Positions 15,857-31,825 are shown, numbered from the stretch's first letter. The stretch is 64,000 nucleotides of DNA from Octopus vulgaris (GCA_951406725.2 OX597815.1:3720001-3784000); one strand, 5' to 3'. Translations and numbers: made by a program. The notes: generated by a model not told the origin, from the letters alone.

Positions 15857-15923
15857 GTGTAAATTTGAATACCATATTGAACTCACGCAATTCCATTCGG
15901 TATGGTCCTATATGGATTTACCT

Positions 15924-16225
15924 GAAGGCGCGTGGCTAAGTGGTTAAGGGTATTCACTTCACGATCGTAAGGTTGTGCGTTCGATACCTCGTGACACATT
16001 GTGTCCTTGAGCAAGACACTTTATTTCACGTTGCTCCAGTCCACTCAACTGCTGGCAAAACATGAGTCGTACCTGTAATTCAAGAGGGTCACTCTTGTCG
16101 CATTCTGTGACACACCGAATCTTTCTGAGAACTACGTTATGAGTACGCATGTCTGTGGAGTACTCAGCCACTTGGACTGTTCCGTTGATCGGATTAACTG
16201 AAGGGCGTCTCGTCGTAGAAACGTA
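15924..16225 (+). mobile_element. SINE family C
   Basis: TGGCTAAGTGG A-box, GTTCGATACC B-box and TGTGTCCTTGAGCAAGACACTT domain. Confidence 0.85.
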
Positions 16226-16321
16226 AAAAGTAACTTCTTGAAACAAAAATACCCCCAGTATATAACTGGTGTCGACATGTTAAAGACTCAGAAATATATA
16301 TATATATATATATGTGTGTGA

Positions 16322-16368
<47 letters not shown>

Positions 16369-16667
16369 CCTTGTTATTAATCATATTAGACGACTCAGTA
16401 CGGTATAAACAGCAGAGGGATTCACTAAACACCACAAGGTATTCATATTATCTTTATTTGTATGATATAGTAGTTATTTGATGTTGTTGTAGCGCTTGTG
16501 TAACCCCACCTCAGGCCTGATCGAGCAAAGACTTCCATTCATGACCATCCCGTCATCTTTTTACACAGTCTCCATCCAGGACTACTTCACCCGACAATAC
16601 TTTCGTTTTGAAAATCAATAATGTGTTGTTTGAGGATGATTTGGTTGCTATTTCTACAAAAGCAGGC

Positions 16668-16891
16668 GTGACCATGTGGTAGAAAACTTGTTTTTCAACC
16701 ACAAGGTTCTAGGGTCAGTCTCACAGCGAAGGGCCCTTGGACGAGTGCCTTTTATTATTTTATTATAGTCTCGGGCAGACATTAGTCTTGCGAGTGGAGT
16801 TGGTAGGCGGAAACTGAAAGAAGCTCGTGGTATATATATATATATATATATATGCATATATATGTGTATGTGTGTGTGTTTTTATATATCA

Positions 16892-16953
<62 letters not shown>

Positions 16954-17560
16954 GTATGTATGTATACATATATATTATATATTATTATATATATATATAT
17001 ATATATATATGCATGTATGTATGTGTATATGTGTATATCGTAAAATAAGGATTCAGATAGAATCGGGTACTTGTAAAAGATTTGCACTAGGTAGGGTTGG
17101 AGGAACGTGTGGTTCCGACCTATGTTTGGTAAACACCAAATAGGATCTTCCAGTTGTGTACTCAGAGAAAACCAACCGTATGAGTATTTGGCGCCCAGGG
17201 GCTGGTCCAAAGCACGCGTTACGTTGAATTGTACGTTGTTTGGTATACTGTAGGGTGTCCGATAAGTCGTAAGTCCCTTTGGTGTTTTAAGGTCAATTGA
17301 ATAAAAACAGACGATAGATAATTATCCATCGTCTGCTTTTATTCATTTGATGTATACATACATATATAAAGATGTGTGTGCGTGCGTGCGCGTCCCTTAC
17401 CACCAATTAACCGATGATGGTGTGTTTAGGCCACTGCAACTTAACGATTCGGCGAAAGAGACAAGCTTAAAACTCGTACTAGAGTCGATTTACTCGACTA
17501 ATAGTTCTTCAGGCGTTGCCCCAGCATGGCCGCAGTCTAATGACTGAAACAAGTGAAAAA
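16668..17560 (+). mobile_element. SINE family A split by an insertion of about 310 bp (17040-17350) in its microsatellite linker
   Basis: The 5' half at 16668-16830 and the 3' half at 17397-17560 are in the same orientation. Confidence 0.65.
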
Positions 17561-17765
17561 CAAAAAATAAATTGACTGAAAACATAGAAGCTCTCTCACT
17601 CAGCAAATCTAGTTTCGAATCCAGCCCTAAGTCGAGCTCGTTTTTCATCGACATGAGGTCATTAAAAAAATATACCAGTAATATCCTGCGTCCGTTTCGG
17701 TATTAACTTCAACTATAAAATATAATCTCCAGTAATTTTTGTTTTGCGCTAATATATATAATGGA

Positions 17766-17900
<135 letters not shown>

Positions 17901-18080
17901 TTGTGGTTTTCATTCTTGTACCAAAAATACAACGACTGGAATACATTGGAATACACTCATTCCTTCTTTTTATAACCAGTTCAGTCCCACTGTGCGGCAC
18001 CTTGGGCGAATGTCCTCCTGTCTAGCCCTCGGCCTAATGATGCCGTGTGAGTATATATCCATACACATCTATCTATCTAG

Positions 18081-18125
<45 letters not shown>

Positions 18126-18405
18126 TTACGTGGAAGAAGACGACGATGCGTGAGTTCAACCATATAATAATAATTTAATAAATAAAACATATACATACAT
18201 ACATACATATATGTACATACCTACATCTATATGTATATATGCATGCATATATTAGTACAGGACACCACAAATAAACGTAGAACACAAAGAGAAACGAAAA
18301 CATAAAATCAAACAAGGAAACGGACTTTTTTTAACAACGAAAAAAGTACAAGACAAACAATACAAGGAACATTCCCCTTCTTCAGCTGTCCCTGATTCGA
18401 CTCAT

Positions 18406-18550
<145 letters not shown>

Positions 18551-18651
18551 TATATAGTTAATCCAAACATGAACAAAGAGAAAACACAACAACGCGAGGA
18601 CGTGGAACAAGTATAGTGTTATTGGACGCTCAGGAAAGAAGGAAAGAAGGA

Positions 18652-18789
<138 letters not shown>

Positions 18790-18909
18790 GTATAATGTAT
18801 GTATGTATGTATGTATGCATGTATACATATATATATATAGATAGATAAATACATATAGATATAGATATATAGATAGATATACGTATATATTTATATATAT
18901 ATACACACC

Positions 18910-18950
<41 letters not shown>

Positions 18951-19559
18951 GATTTTATAAAAAATACTTGGTGCAGTCACAACATTTAAATAAAGATTTC
19001 TTAAAATTAACTATTCAAGTGTATGTGTGTGTGTGATCTCACCACCGGTGTTGGTTTGTTAACGTCACCGTAAGTTAACTGTTCAACAAAAAAAAAAGAA
19101 CAAAACAGGTGTTAAGCCAATTTGTTTGATTGAAGCCCTTCATGATGGTGCCCCAGCATGGTCGCAATCCAATGAGTGAAAAAAGTAAAGGAGAAACGAT
19201 AAAATTATATTTTATGCTACGTATATTTTCTTTTATTTTTCGCGCACAAGTCTAAAATATTCTCCGAGATCTTTGAACCAGTTTTCTTATCATGCAGTTC
19301 AGAATTGAAACCGGTTCCAGACCTTCGGAAGTTTTAAGTTTAGAGAATTACGTAAGGCATACAAGGAAGGGATTTAGTGACAACCATGCTTTTCCTATAT
19401 ATGTATGTGATGATTATAACGAATGGGACAGTGAATTGGCGGTTTTCACCACACCGTGAGAGAATACCCCAGAGGGGCGTGTCAGCCAAAAACGGATGTT
19501 AAATGGAAAATAGTGGAATTATATTTTCCGCAAAGAAGAAAATGTAGAATAATAATTCT

Positions 19560-19833
19560 TTCTAAATTTGTCACAAGGCCAGCAATTGTCAGGGAAATAA
19601 CGGAGTCGATTACATCGCTTCCAGTGCTTTAATGGTAGTTTTTTTTTTTATTCACTCTGAAAGAAGACTTCGACGGAATTTGAACTCAAAAAGCAAAGAG
19701 CCGGAAGAAACGCCGTTAAACATTCTGTCCGATGCAGCAATGACTCAACCAGCTCGTCACCTTCATTATAATAATACTAAGTTTTTCTATTATAGGCACA
19801 AGGCCAGCAATTTTTAGAGGAGAGGGTATAATG

Positions 19834-19869
<36 letters not shown>

Positions 19870-19995
19870 TTAATCCTTTCTACGAAAGGCACAACACCTG
19901 AAAGTTGCGCAGAGGGGTTAAACAGGAAACTTAATTGACAGACCCCCGAAAGGGAGAAAGGCAAAGTTGACCAAACGATTCTACTAGCTCGCTGC
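19560..19995 (-). mobile_element. Degenerate SINE family B copies with (AAT)n
   Basis: Reverse-complement pieces such as CGGAATTTGAACTC and GAAAGGCAAAGTTGACC. Confidence 0.6.
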
Positions 19996-20002
19996 CTTCA
20001 TG

Positions 20003-20083
<81 letters not shown>

Positions 20084-20430
20084 TTAGGAATAATGTTGAA
20101 AATATGTCAAATACCAAGAAATTGGTATTTATAGAAAACAAGATCAAGAAAATGGTATAATGGCAAAAAACTGGTGTGACTAAGAGAACGGTTATTGAGC
20201 GGAAGAGTGGGAAATCTTAAAAAATTTTAAACTTTATAGAATTGTGATATTCATAGAAAAAAATCAGATATATATTTATATGTGTATAAGTGTGTATGTA
20301 TGTATATGTATGTATCTATACGTATATATATAGAGAGATATATTTATATACATGTGCGTGTATATATATATATACATATATATATATATTTATATATATA
20401 CACATGTGCGTGTATATATATACATATATA

Positions 20431-20499
<69 letters not shown>

Positions 20500-20506
20500 C
20501 ATACAT

Positions 20507-20570
<64 letters not shown>

Positions 20571-20729
20571 CATACATACATCTATATACACGCACACACA
20601 CACATGCACAAACACATATGCAAAATAATTAGCAGGAAGCGTACCTGAATTTGATTGCGTGTCGCACTTTACTATGCTTCCTTTTTTATGTATATATTAT
20701 ATATGTTTCTGCGTGTGTGTTTGTGTGTA

Positions 20730-20768
<39 letters not shown>

Positions 20769-21232
20769 CTGTGTGTGTTTATGCATATATGCGCACATAT
20801 ATATTTACATATCTATAGTCACAAATCTATCTACCTACCGATCTATATATCTATGTATATAGCCATGTGTAAAATGGTATATTTAGAGAAGTGAGAAAAA
20901 TGTGCAGAACATGGCCACTATAGAGAACTGTTCACCATGTGGGCGACTGAGGATACATTTAGAAGAGGTATCGACAAGAATACAGCTACAACACAGAAAA
21001 TTAGCAATAGAAACATATATACACACACACACACAACAGCCCGACATAAGGTGCAGACCGAGGGTAGCGGATTCCTTTATACACCAAATAGGCCGACATC
21101 TGGGGCAAAGCCACATACAGGTGTGGTAATGTGAAAATTACTGGAGATCATATATATATATATATATATATATATGCATGTATGTATATATGTGTATGTA
21201 TATATATATATATAAATATATATATACGTATA

Positions 21233-21325
<93 letters not shown>

Positions 21326-21337
21326 TATATATGTATA

Positions 21338-21390
<53 letters not shown>

Positions 21391-21585
21391 GAATATATAT
21401 ATATATATACATACATAAATATCTATATACTTGAATAAACTTAAATAAACTTAGCTATGTTTGGAGGAAAGATTGGTCCAGGCCCTGTCTAATTTAATAG
21501 CACCACCTGATAGGATTATCTAAATCCTTTTTAAATCAAGCTTTGTAGTGTCATGGTACTTCTTGCTGAGTGAGCTGCACCCAGA

Positions 21586-21630
<45 letters not shown>

Positions 21631-21929
21631 TAATAAATATAAGGATAGCAAAAAATTCTACAAAAATTCTCCGCTACCAGCGGTCCAGCGAGAAAGAAAA
21701 GATAGTCAAAGACTATATAATATACATTCAAAATATAAGGAATGGCCATAATAGGACATTCGACTCACTAGAAAGAGCAACCAAACTCAAAACGCTAAAA
21801 GTTGTAATTCTGAAATTGAAAGAGAAATAAAAGGGGTAAACGTTTTTATTTCTCTTTCAATTTCAGAATTACAACATTTAGCGGTTTGATTTTGGCTGCT
21901 CTTTCTAGTGAGTCGAATGTCCTATTGTT

Positions 21930-21989
<60 letters not shown>

Positions 21990-22015
21990 TACATGCATAT
22001 AAATTGATAGATAGG

Positions 22016-22118
<103 letters not shown>

Positions 22119-22323
22119 AGAGTTACATTTATAACTTCGTTTTGCAAGATTCTTGATGAGAAATCGTGTGTTGAAACAGATGACCATTTTATTTATTATT
22201 TATCTGTCTTTGCCAAATAAATCCATAGCTTATTTCCCATTCTTCACACATCTATGTGCGTATATAAACATATACCGATTCATATATATATATATATATA
22301 TATGCATACATATTCATGCATAT

Positions 22324-22391
<68 letters not shown>

Positions 22392-22566
22392 ATGCATATA
22401 CATAGACGGAAAGACATATATATATATATATACATATATAGATACATATATATATAAGTGAAACATGTACACATATCTATGTATACATATATAATAATAA
22501 TATTATAATATGTATATATTTATATATTTATATACAGAAAAAACATATATATGCATGTATATATAT

Positions 22567-22609
<43 letters not shown>

Positions 22610-22723
22610 CTATATATATATATATGCATATCTAAAACATAGAAATCTTATTTCCCACTGTTCATATACATACACACGCACACAATCATATGTGTGTATA
22701 TATACATAAACACATATATATAT

Positions 22724-22787
<64 letters not shown>

Positions 22788-22994
22788 ATGTATATGTTCG
22801 TGTATGTAAGTGTGTGTGTGTATGTGTAAAAAAGTACCACAAATATGGAAAGATTTAATCAGGTGTGCAAAATAAAGCATAATGGTACATAATTATGTGA
22901 ATGTATATACAACAATTAAATACATATATAGATATATATATGTATATATACACAGATGTATATATACATATACGCGCACACGTACATATATATA

Positions 22995-23063
<69 letters not shown>

Positions 23064-23262
23064 ATATGTATATGTATGGGTGCATATATATTTTTTTTCT
23101 CATCAACTTGGACTACCTTCAAAGTGTTTTGTTGACATAAATTTTCGTGCATGTTATTATTAATTTTATTAATATTATGTATATATTCATATGTGTGTGT
23201 GTGTGCGTGTGTACGATTATATATATACACACACACACACACACATAATTATACACACACAG

Positions 23263-23300
<38 letters not shown>

Positions 23301-23566
23301 GCATGTATGTTAATGCAATTGAAACATTTGTTGTATTCTTAAGGTGTCATCTAAAATAAAGCCATGGTTTTCTTCGCACTAATTATTGATTGTTGTTAAA
23401 TACTCTGAATTTCTTAAAATCCTTCATAAGGTTTCTAGTATTTATCTGTCATACACGAGGAATCACCTGGGACTTGTATTCTTGGGACAATTACTGGAAT
23501 CGACTTGTTGGAAATTTAACTTTATTCCTTTATACTCAGTGCTGGCAGGATTTCTTAATCCCATTT

Positions 23567-23609
<43 letters not shown>

Positions 23610-23640
23610 CATACATACATGTATATATATACATATATGT

Positions 23641-23731
<91 letters not shown>

Positions 23732-23938
23732 CATAAATATATACATATATATACATATATGTATACATACAGATATATACATGTATATACATGCATATGC
23801 ATATATATATATATATATATATGCATGTATGTATGTATATATATAAATATATATATATATATATAAATGCAACCCACCATGTAATATATATCCAATATAC
23901 TGATTTAAGTGTTTACTGATTTAAGTATGTTTCTCCAT

Positions 23939-23996
<58 letters not shown>

Positions 23997-24938
23997 GTAT
24001 ATTATATATGTATATATATATGTACGTATATACGTATGAATGTATATATGTATATATATACATATGTGTATGTATGTATATGTATCTATGTATAAGTATA
24101 TATGTATATTGTTGTATATTGTTCCGGATGGTCATGCGTTTTGCCAAATATATGTGTATGTAAGTGCCTCTAAATATATATGCATATAGATAGATAGATC
24201 GATAGATAGACGCATACATACATATATACATATATAAGTATACATAAGTATATAGATATATAGATACATACATATACACATACATACATGCATACATACG
24301 TACATACATACATACATACATACACACATACATACATACACACATACATATAGTTATAAATATATGTATATTCATATATACATACGTGTGTATGTATGTA
24401 ATGTTTTGTGGACAGCAAAATGTGTCTTCGTGTATATTTATGTATGTGTGAACGCATAATTCACAGCATTCAGTGACAGATCCTCTAATTCGTCGATCGA
24501 CCTGCTAGTAATAGCAGCCGGGTCCCCCTACGGTCTTTGTAAACAGTGCGATATGCCTAGAGTAGTCCGAGAGGGCCCTGTAAAAGAGTAGGGTGACAAT
24601 CACATGACCAGGGGCTAAATTACAGAATGAAAACATTTATATTATGGCTGGCTGGGTATTATATTTACATGGGTGTATGTATGTGCATGTGTGTATATGT
24701 GTGAGTGTATGTGTTTGTTTAAGTGTGTGTTATGTGTGTGCGTGTGTGTGTGGTGTGTGTGTGTGTGTGCTCTCCAACCCACATACATGAAAAGGTGCAG
24801 GTACCCAGCTATTGTTGGATCATATTAATACAAAAGTATGTGAAAAACTCAGCAATTAGCAGCTGATGTTAATGCACAGAAACAATTGTAGTGTCTCGGA
24901 TTAAAACCTGTTCCTTCAATCTTCTTGTTTGATAAATA

Positions 24939-25039
<101 letters not shown>

Positions 25040-25080
25040 TTTATGAATTATATGCGTTATATATCTTAAATAAGCAAGTC

Positions 25081-25153
25081 GCCTCCGTGGCCCAATGGAT
25101 AAGGCACCGGCCTCCTAAGCCGGGGATTGCGGGTTCGAGTCCCGTCGGAGGTA
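25081..25153 (+). tRNA. tRNA-Arg-CCT: tRNA-Arg, anticodon CCT (25114-25116), intronless
   Basis: 73-nt cloverleaf: acceptor GCCTCCG/CGGAGGT, D arm GCC/GGC, anticodon stem CCGGC/GCCGG with loop CTCCTAA, T arm GCGGG-TTCGAGT-CCCGT. A and B boxes are intact. Confidence 0.96.
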
Positions 25154-25157
25154 CTGA

Positions 25158-25164
25158 TTTTTTT
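25158..25164 (+). terminator. RNA polymerase III terminator (T7)
   Basis: A run of 7 T begins after a 4-nt spacer following the tRNA discriminator base. Confidence 0.85.
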
Positions 25165-25255
25165 AATAAGTCCCGGGGTCGAGTTGCTCGATTAAAGGCA
25201 GTGCTCCAGCATGGCCGCAATCAAATGACTGAAACAAGTAAAAGAGTAAAGAGAG
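25165..25255 (+). mobile_element. SINE family A 3'-terminal fragment
   Basis: AATAAGTCCCGGGGTCGAGTTGCTCG..GAAACAAGTAAAAGAGTAAA is nearly identical to 15763-15850. Confidence 0.88.
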
Positions 25256-25686
25256 AGTATATATTTATATGACAATGTCCACCTTTTTGTATCTCTTGAT
25301 AATCTATTTAAAACAATTATTTGGTGTTCTTTGATAGATTCTCCTTGGAATACAAATACTTCCAGACGTTCAGACGTGTCTATGGGAGTGTGTGCACGTG
25401 GGCTTATTGTGTACGTATGCATGCACATGTATATGTGTGTGCGTGGGTGGGTGTGTGTGTGTGTGTATGAGTTAGTGCATTTATATACCTACGTATATAC
25501 ACACACATATATATGTGTGTGTGTGTGTGTATGTATGGATATGTATATAATTTTTTACAGCAATATAACAATCCACGTATTTGTAGCTGTAAAAATACTC
25601 ATATTTTGTGTGTGTATATTTTGCGTGTGGTATACATACACATATACTCACGTACACACACATATATATATATATACAAATATATG

Positions 25687-25800
<114 letters not shown>

Positions 25801-26108
25801 TACAAAATGGGACAAGAACGCAAAACATCCAGATAGAGGATACAAAAAAAAAAGGACGGGTCATTCGAAGCCTTTTATCTTCAGGCAAGAAACGGATCAT
25901 CCTATATATATATATATATATATATAAATATATATATATATATGCATATATATATATATATATTTGCATATATATATATATATTTGTATTTATATATACA
26001 TACATATATGTAAATATATTTGTGTGTGTATATATAAATATATATATATATTTGTACTCATATATACATACAAATATATATAAATATATGTGTATATATA
26101 TGTATATA

Positions 26109-26227
<119 letters not shown>

Positions 26228-26470
26228 CATATATACACGTATGTATGTATATGTACATATACACACACAAACACATATATGTATATAGTGTATTAGCTGG
26301 CCGAAACTTCGAAGTCACTGTCGTTATTATTCTTGTTAAGGAATATTTCACTTGTATTCTACAAAAGTATGGAATAAGAATTCAGATGAATGTAGAACGG
26401 TTTTTACTATAACTGATAATAGCAATCAAGTTCATATATATATGTGTGTGTGTGTGTGTGTGCTTATGTA

Positions 26471-26504
<34 letters not shown>

Positions 26505-26588
26505 CAGCTGTAAGACTATATCTAATCTTTTTCTTCATAAATGTCCTCAAAAACTCACAACCTTGTGTTTGTTATCTCATTTTGTCTA

Positions 26589-26645
<57 letters not shown>

Positions 26646-26656
26646 AATAGATATAG

Positions 26657-26773
<117 letters not shown>

Positions 26774-26848
26774 AATAGATATAGGTATATATATATATAT
26801 ATATATATAACATATATGTGTGTGTGTATATATATATATATGTGTGTG

Positions 26849-26880
<32 letters not shown>

Positions 26881-27367
26881 CATACATGTACACACACATA
26901 TATATTATGTATGTATATTATATGCATATACTCTTTTACACGAGTATGTATAAACATATATATAGATATATTTAAGCAAATAAATGTACATATATATATA
27001 TACATATATGCATTATATATTGCGTATATATGTATGTGTTAGATATTTATATATAAATATATATATCATATACATAAAGTATTTTTTGTTAGTATTACTG
27101 ATTTTTTTCCGATTCAACAGCGTATTATTTTTCATTATCTGTTGTGATAAGTAGAGAAAAGACCTAAGTATATGACTGGTACCATTTGTATTTCGTGCTA
27201 TATTCAGGGACATGTTTGCGAGTGAATAAGAAGATAACAAAATTTAACAATAACAATTTAATTACATATATATATATATATATTATGTATGCATGTATGC
27301 ATGTATGTATGTATGTATGTATGTATGTATGTATGTATGTATGTATGTATGTATATATGTATGTATG

Positions 27368-27462
<95 letters not shown>

Positions 27463-27552
27463 TTATTTTAAAATTATAAGTATATGTAAGAATGGAGTTG
27501 AATGTATGTGTGTATGTATGTATATATAAATGTATATATGTATATATATATA

Positions 27553-27674
27553 TATAAACATATACATACATGTTTTAGTACGTGTGTGTATGTATTTACA
27601 TATACATATATTCACACATTTTCACATATACATTTATTTATTTCTCTGTCAGTCTCTCCTTGTCTCACTCTTTC

Positions 27675-27717
<43 letters not shown>

Positions 27718-27838
27718 TTACATAAATATGTATGTACATATATATGTTTATGTATGTATATATATGTGTGTATGTATATATGTGTGCATATATGTTCATA
27801 TATATGTATGTGTATGTATGTATGTATGTATGTATATG

Positions 27839-27885
<47 letters not shown>

Positions 27886-27892
27886 ATGTATG

Positions 27893-27957
<65 letters not shown>

Positions 27958-28074
27958 AAACATATACATACAAGTTTTAGGACGTGTGTGTATGTATTTA
28001 CATATACATATATTCACACATTTTCACATAGATATTTATTTATTTCTCTGTCAGTCTCTCCTTGTCTCACTCTT

Positions 28075-28080
<6 letters not shown>
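27553..28080. repeat. Local direct duplication (about 127 bp at 27553-27679 and 27955-28080)
   Basis: Two near-identical blocks, GTTTTAG..TTTCTCTGTCAGTCTCTCCTTGTCTCACTCTTTCTGTG, about 400 bp apart. Confidence 0.85.
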
Positions 28081-28123
<43 letters not shown>

Positions 28124-29345
28124 TTATACGAAGAGAGAGGGAGAGAAAAAGAAAGAAAGGAACGCACCCCCACGAAACCGCGCACGCACACACACACACA
28201 CAGGTATTTATGGTCCTTTGTAAAACAGATACAAGGCCTAACAGGTATGTATAGTAGAGACTGGCAGTGAGTGAATGATTCGAATAAATGGGCAGGTGTA
28301 AGGGTCGTTCTGTAGGTGTCATGGAAACGTATATGTATACATACCCTCATATACACAAATCGCATGAATGAAGAAGTATAGCTAGAATCAATTTCAATCA
28401 TAAATATAATATACAGGCTCTTATATCTTATATACATATATAGATACGTAATAGGTATACACACGCAGGAATATCAAAGTGCAAATATATATGAATATAA
28501 CATACTTACTATTATACACGCTGTTGTCATGAGGTTATTTTCAAATTGTATATATATCCGTACATTCAATAAATAATGTATATATTTGTCAGTTATTATT
28601 TTTTTTAGCATTCATATATATATATGTATATATACACACACACTTATATAAGTATATACAGATATACTAATTGTAAGTGCTCAGTAAGAGGTGGTCATTT
28701 TATCTTCATGTTTAGGAAAATCCATTTTTCTTTGGGTTTTTTTTTTATAAATATATATATCTGTGTATCAATCTGTGCATATATGTGCCTTGAGATGTGT
28801 GTGTGTGTGTGTGTGTATGTGTGTGTTTATACACACACACACACGCCAAATAATAACTGGTATCTTTTAAAAATGGTGTCTCGTTTCTGTCTTTGGTGGC
28901 AAGGAATTATACAAAAAAAAAATGCCTGTATGTCCGAGATGAGGGGAAGAAAATGATGACGGAGTCGATCAAACGGTTGGTTGCGGTTTGCTTGTTATTC
29001 GCTTATTTCTGTGGCTTGAGTTGAAGTGAGAGGATGAGTGAGAACAGTCGCGAAGGGGAGTGGGAGTGAAAACACTGGAGAACAAGGCGGAGGCGGAGGC
29101 GAAGGAGGAGGAGGAGATACCTCACACAAGACCAAAACTACTTGGTATGTGTGTGTGTGTGTGTGTTTGTGTGTGTTTGTGTGTGTTACTGGTACTTATG
29201 TATGTAATACACGGCCTTTACACATGTATATATATTATCGTAATTGTTTCAAATAAATAAATAGACACAATATAATGTCTAACAGTTGATGTTTACTTTT
29301 TCTGTATCCCCCTCCATTTTCTCCTTGCCGTAAATATATATGTAT

Positions 29346-29730
29346 CGCAGGAGCGGCTGTGTGGTAAGTAGCTTGCTTACCAACCACATGGTTCCGGGTT
29401 CAGTCCCACTGCGTGGCACCTTGGGCAAGTGTCTTCTACTATAGCCTCGGGCCGACCAAAGCCTTGTGAGTGGATTTGGTAGACGGAAACTGAAAAGAAG
29501 CCCGTCGTATATATGTATATATGTATATATGCGTGTGTGTGTTTGTGTGTCTGTGTTTGTCCCCCTAGCGTTGCTTGACAACCGATGCTGGTGTGTTTAT
29601 GTCCCCGTAGTTTAGTGGTTCGGCAAAAGAGACTTACAAAAAGAATAAGACCCGGGGTCGAGTTGCTCGATTAAAGGCGGTGCTCCAGCATGGCCGCAGT
29701 CAAATGACTGAAACAAGTAAAAGAGAAAGA

Positions 29731-29731
<1 letters not shown>
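29346..29731 (+). mobile_element. SINE family A, near full length
   Basis: Same head, linker and tail as 15434-15856, with a small internal deletion. Confidence 0.92.
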
Positions 29732-29815
<84 letters not shown>

Positions 29816-29855
29816 AAACGCACGCACACTTTAATTTTATATATATATATATATA

Positions 29856-30032
29856 TCGTCTGTCTTTACGTTCTGAGTTCAAATTCCGCCGAGGTCGACT
29901 TTGCCTTTCATCCTTTCGGGGTCGATAAATTAAGTACCAGTTACGCACTGGGGTTGATGTAATCGACTTAATCCCTTTGTCTGTCCTTGTTTGTCCCCTC
30001 TGTGTTTAGCCCCTTGTGGGTAATAAAGAAAT
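29856..30032 (+). mobile_element. SINE family B body unit
   Basis: Runs GTTCTGAGTTCAAATTCCGCCGAGGTCGACTTTGCC..CCCCTTGTGGGTAATAAAGAAAT. Confidence 0.9.
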
Positions 30033-30035
30033 ATA

Positions 30036-30071
<36 letters not shown>

Positions 30072-30118
30072 TGTATGTATGTATGTATGTATGTATGTGT
30101 GTATGTGTGTGTGTGTGT

Positions 30119-30214
<96 letters not shown>

Positions 30215-30564
30215 GTAATACGGGACTAGCTCACCTTGGGTCGACCGGCCACACTATAAGCTCGCTCTCGTTTACTCAATCGGTATTTCGTTCAGAAACT
30301 TCTCGCAGACCGAGATAATGAAAGACAATAATGAAAAATGAAATCACCACCCCCGACCCCCACCGACCCCGGCCTCGACAGCTATGAGAACCACTCAGCT
30401 TACTTGGGGGTGGCGAGGGTGGAGTGCGGGGATGAGGGTGGAGTGGTGGTGGTGGTGAATGTGAGTGAAGGAGTGAGTGGATGTTTCTGAAGGCCTCTCA
30501 CTTACACGAATGAAAGCAAGCTACCGAGTAGGGAAGGAAAGGAACGAGACGACGAGGTGATAGA

Positions 30565-30736
30565 AGATGGAAGAAGAAGAAAAAGAAGACGAAGGAGAAG
30601 AAAAAGAAGAAGAAGAAGAAGAAGAAGAAGAAGAAAGAGGAGGAGGAGGAGGAGGAGAAGAAGAAGAAGAAGAAGAAGAAGAAGAAGAAGAAGAAGAAGA
30701 AGAGAAGAAGAATGATAAGAAGAAGAAGAAGAATGA

Positions 30737-30783
<47 letters not shown>

Positions 30784-31420
30784 ATGAGGAGAAGAAGAAG
30801 AAGGAAGAAGAAGAAGAAGAAGAAGAAGAAGAAGAAGAAGGAGGAGGAGAAGAAGAAGAAGGAGAAGAAGAATGATAAGAAGAAGGAAGAAGAAGAAGAA
30901 GAAGAAGAAGAAGAAGAATGAGAAGAAGAAGAACAAGAAGAAGAAGAATGAGGAGGAGGAGAAGAAGGAGAAGAAGAAGAAGAAGAAGAAGAAGAAGAAG
31001 AAGAAGAAGAAGAAGAAGAAGAAGGAGGAGGAGAAGAACAAGAAGAAGAAGGAGAAGGAGAAGGAGAAGAAGAAGAAGAAGAAGAAGAAGAAGAATGAGT
31101 GGAAGAAGAAAAAGAATGAGAAGAAGAAGAAGAAGAAGAAGAAGAATGATAGGAAGAAGAAGAAGAAGAAGAAGAAGAAGAAGAATGATAGGAAAAAGAA
31201 GAAGAAGAAGAAGAAGAAGAAGAATGATAAGAAGAAGAAGAAAAAGGAGAAAAAGAAGAAGAAGAATGATAAGAAGAATGATAAGAAGAAGAAGAAAAAG
31301 AAGAAGAAGAAGAAGAAGAAGAAGAAGAAGAAGAAGAAGAAGAAGAAGAAGAAGGAGAAGAAAAAGGAAGAAGAAGAAGAAGAAGAAGAAGAAGAAGAAG
31401 AAGAGGAAGGAGAAGAAGAA

Positions 31421-31451
<31 letters not shown>

Positions 31452-31645
31452 CAGAAGGAGAAGAACAGAAGAAGAAGGAGAAGCAGAAGGAGAAGAAGAA
31501 GAAGAAGAAGAAGAAGAAGAGAAGAAGAAGAAGAAGAAGAAGAAGAAGAAGAAGAAAAAGAAGAAGAAGAATGAGAAGAAGAAGAAGAAGAAGAAGAAGA
31601 AGAAGAAGAAGAAGAAGAAGAAGAAGAAAAAGAAAAAGAAGAAGG
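30565..31645. repeat. Imperfect (GAA)n polypurine tract, about 1.08 kb
   Basis: Almost exclusively A/G on the plus strand, punctuated by AATGAT and GGA units. Confidence 0.95.
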
Positions 31646-31742
31646 TAGTGGAGGGAGGGAAAACAATGATAAAACTGTAAGACAAGAGAAAAAAAATAAT
31701 TAGAAACACGGCAGAAATAACAGAAGCAACGAAGCTGTGTTA

Positions 31743-31825
<83 letters not shown>

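Noticed and set aside
25855-25900. CTGAAGA..CGAATG on the minus strand as a hammerhead
   Set aside because: It lacks GAAA and a plausible stem II or III.
30498-31709. Long ORFs (up to 403 aa) of poly-S/F/L/K/E/R
   Set aside because: They are simply translations of the (GAA)n tract and are open in several frames on both strands.
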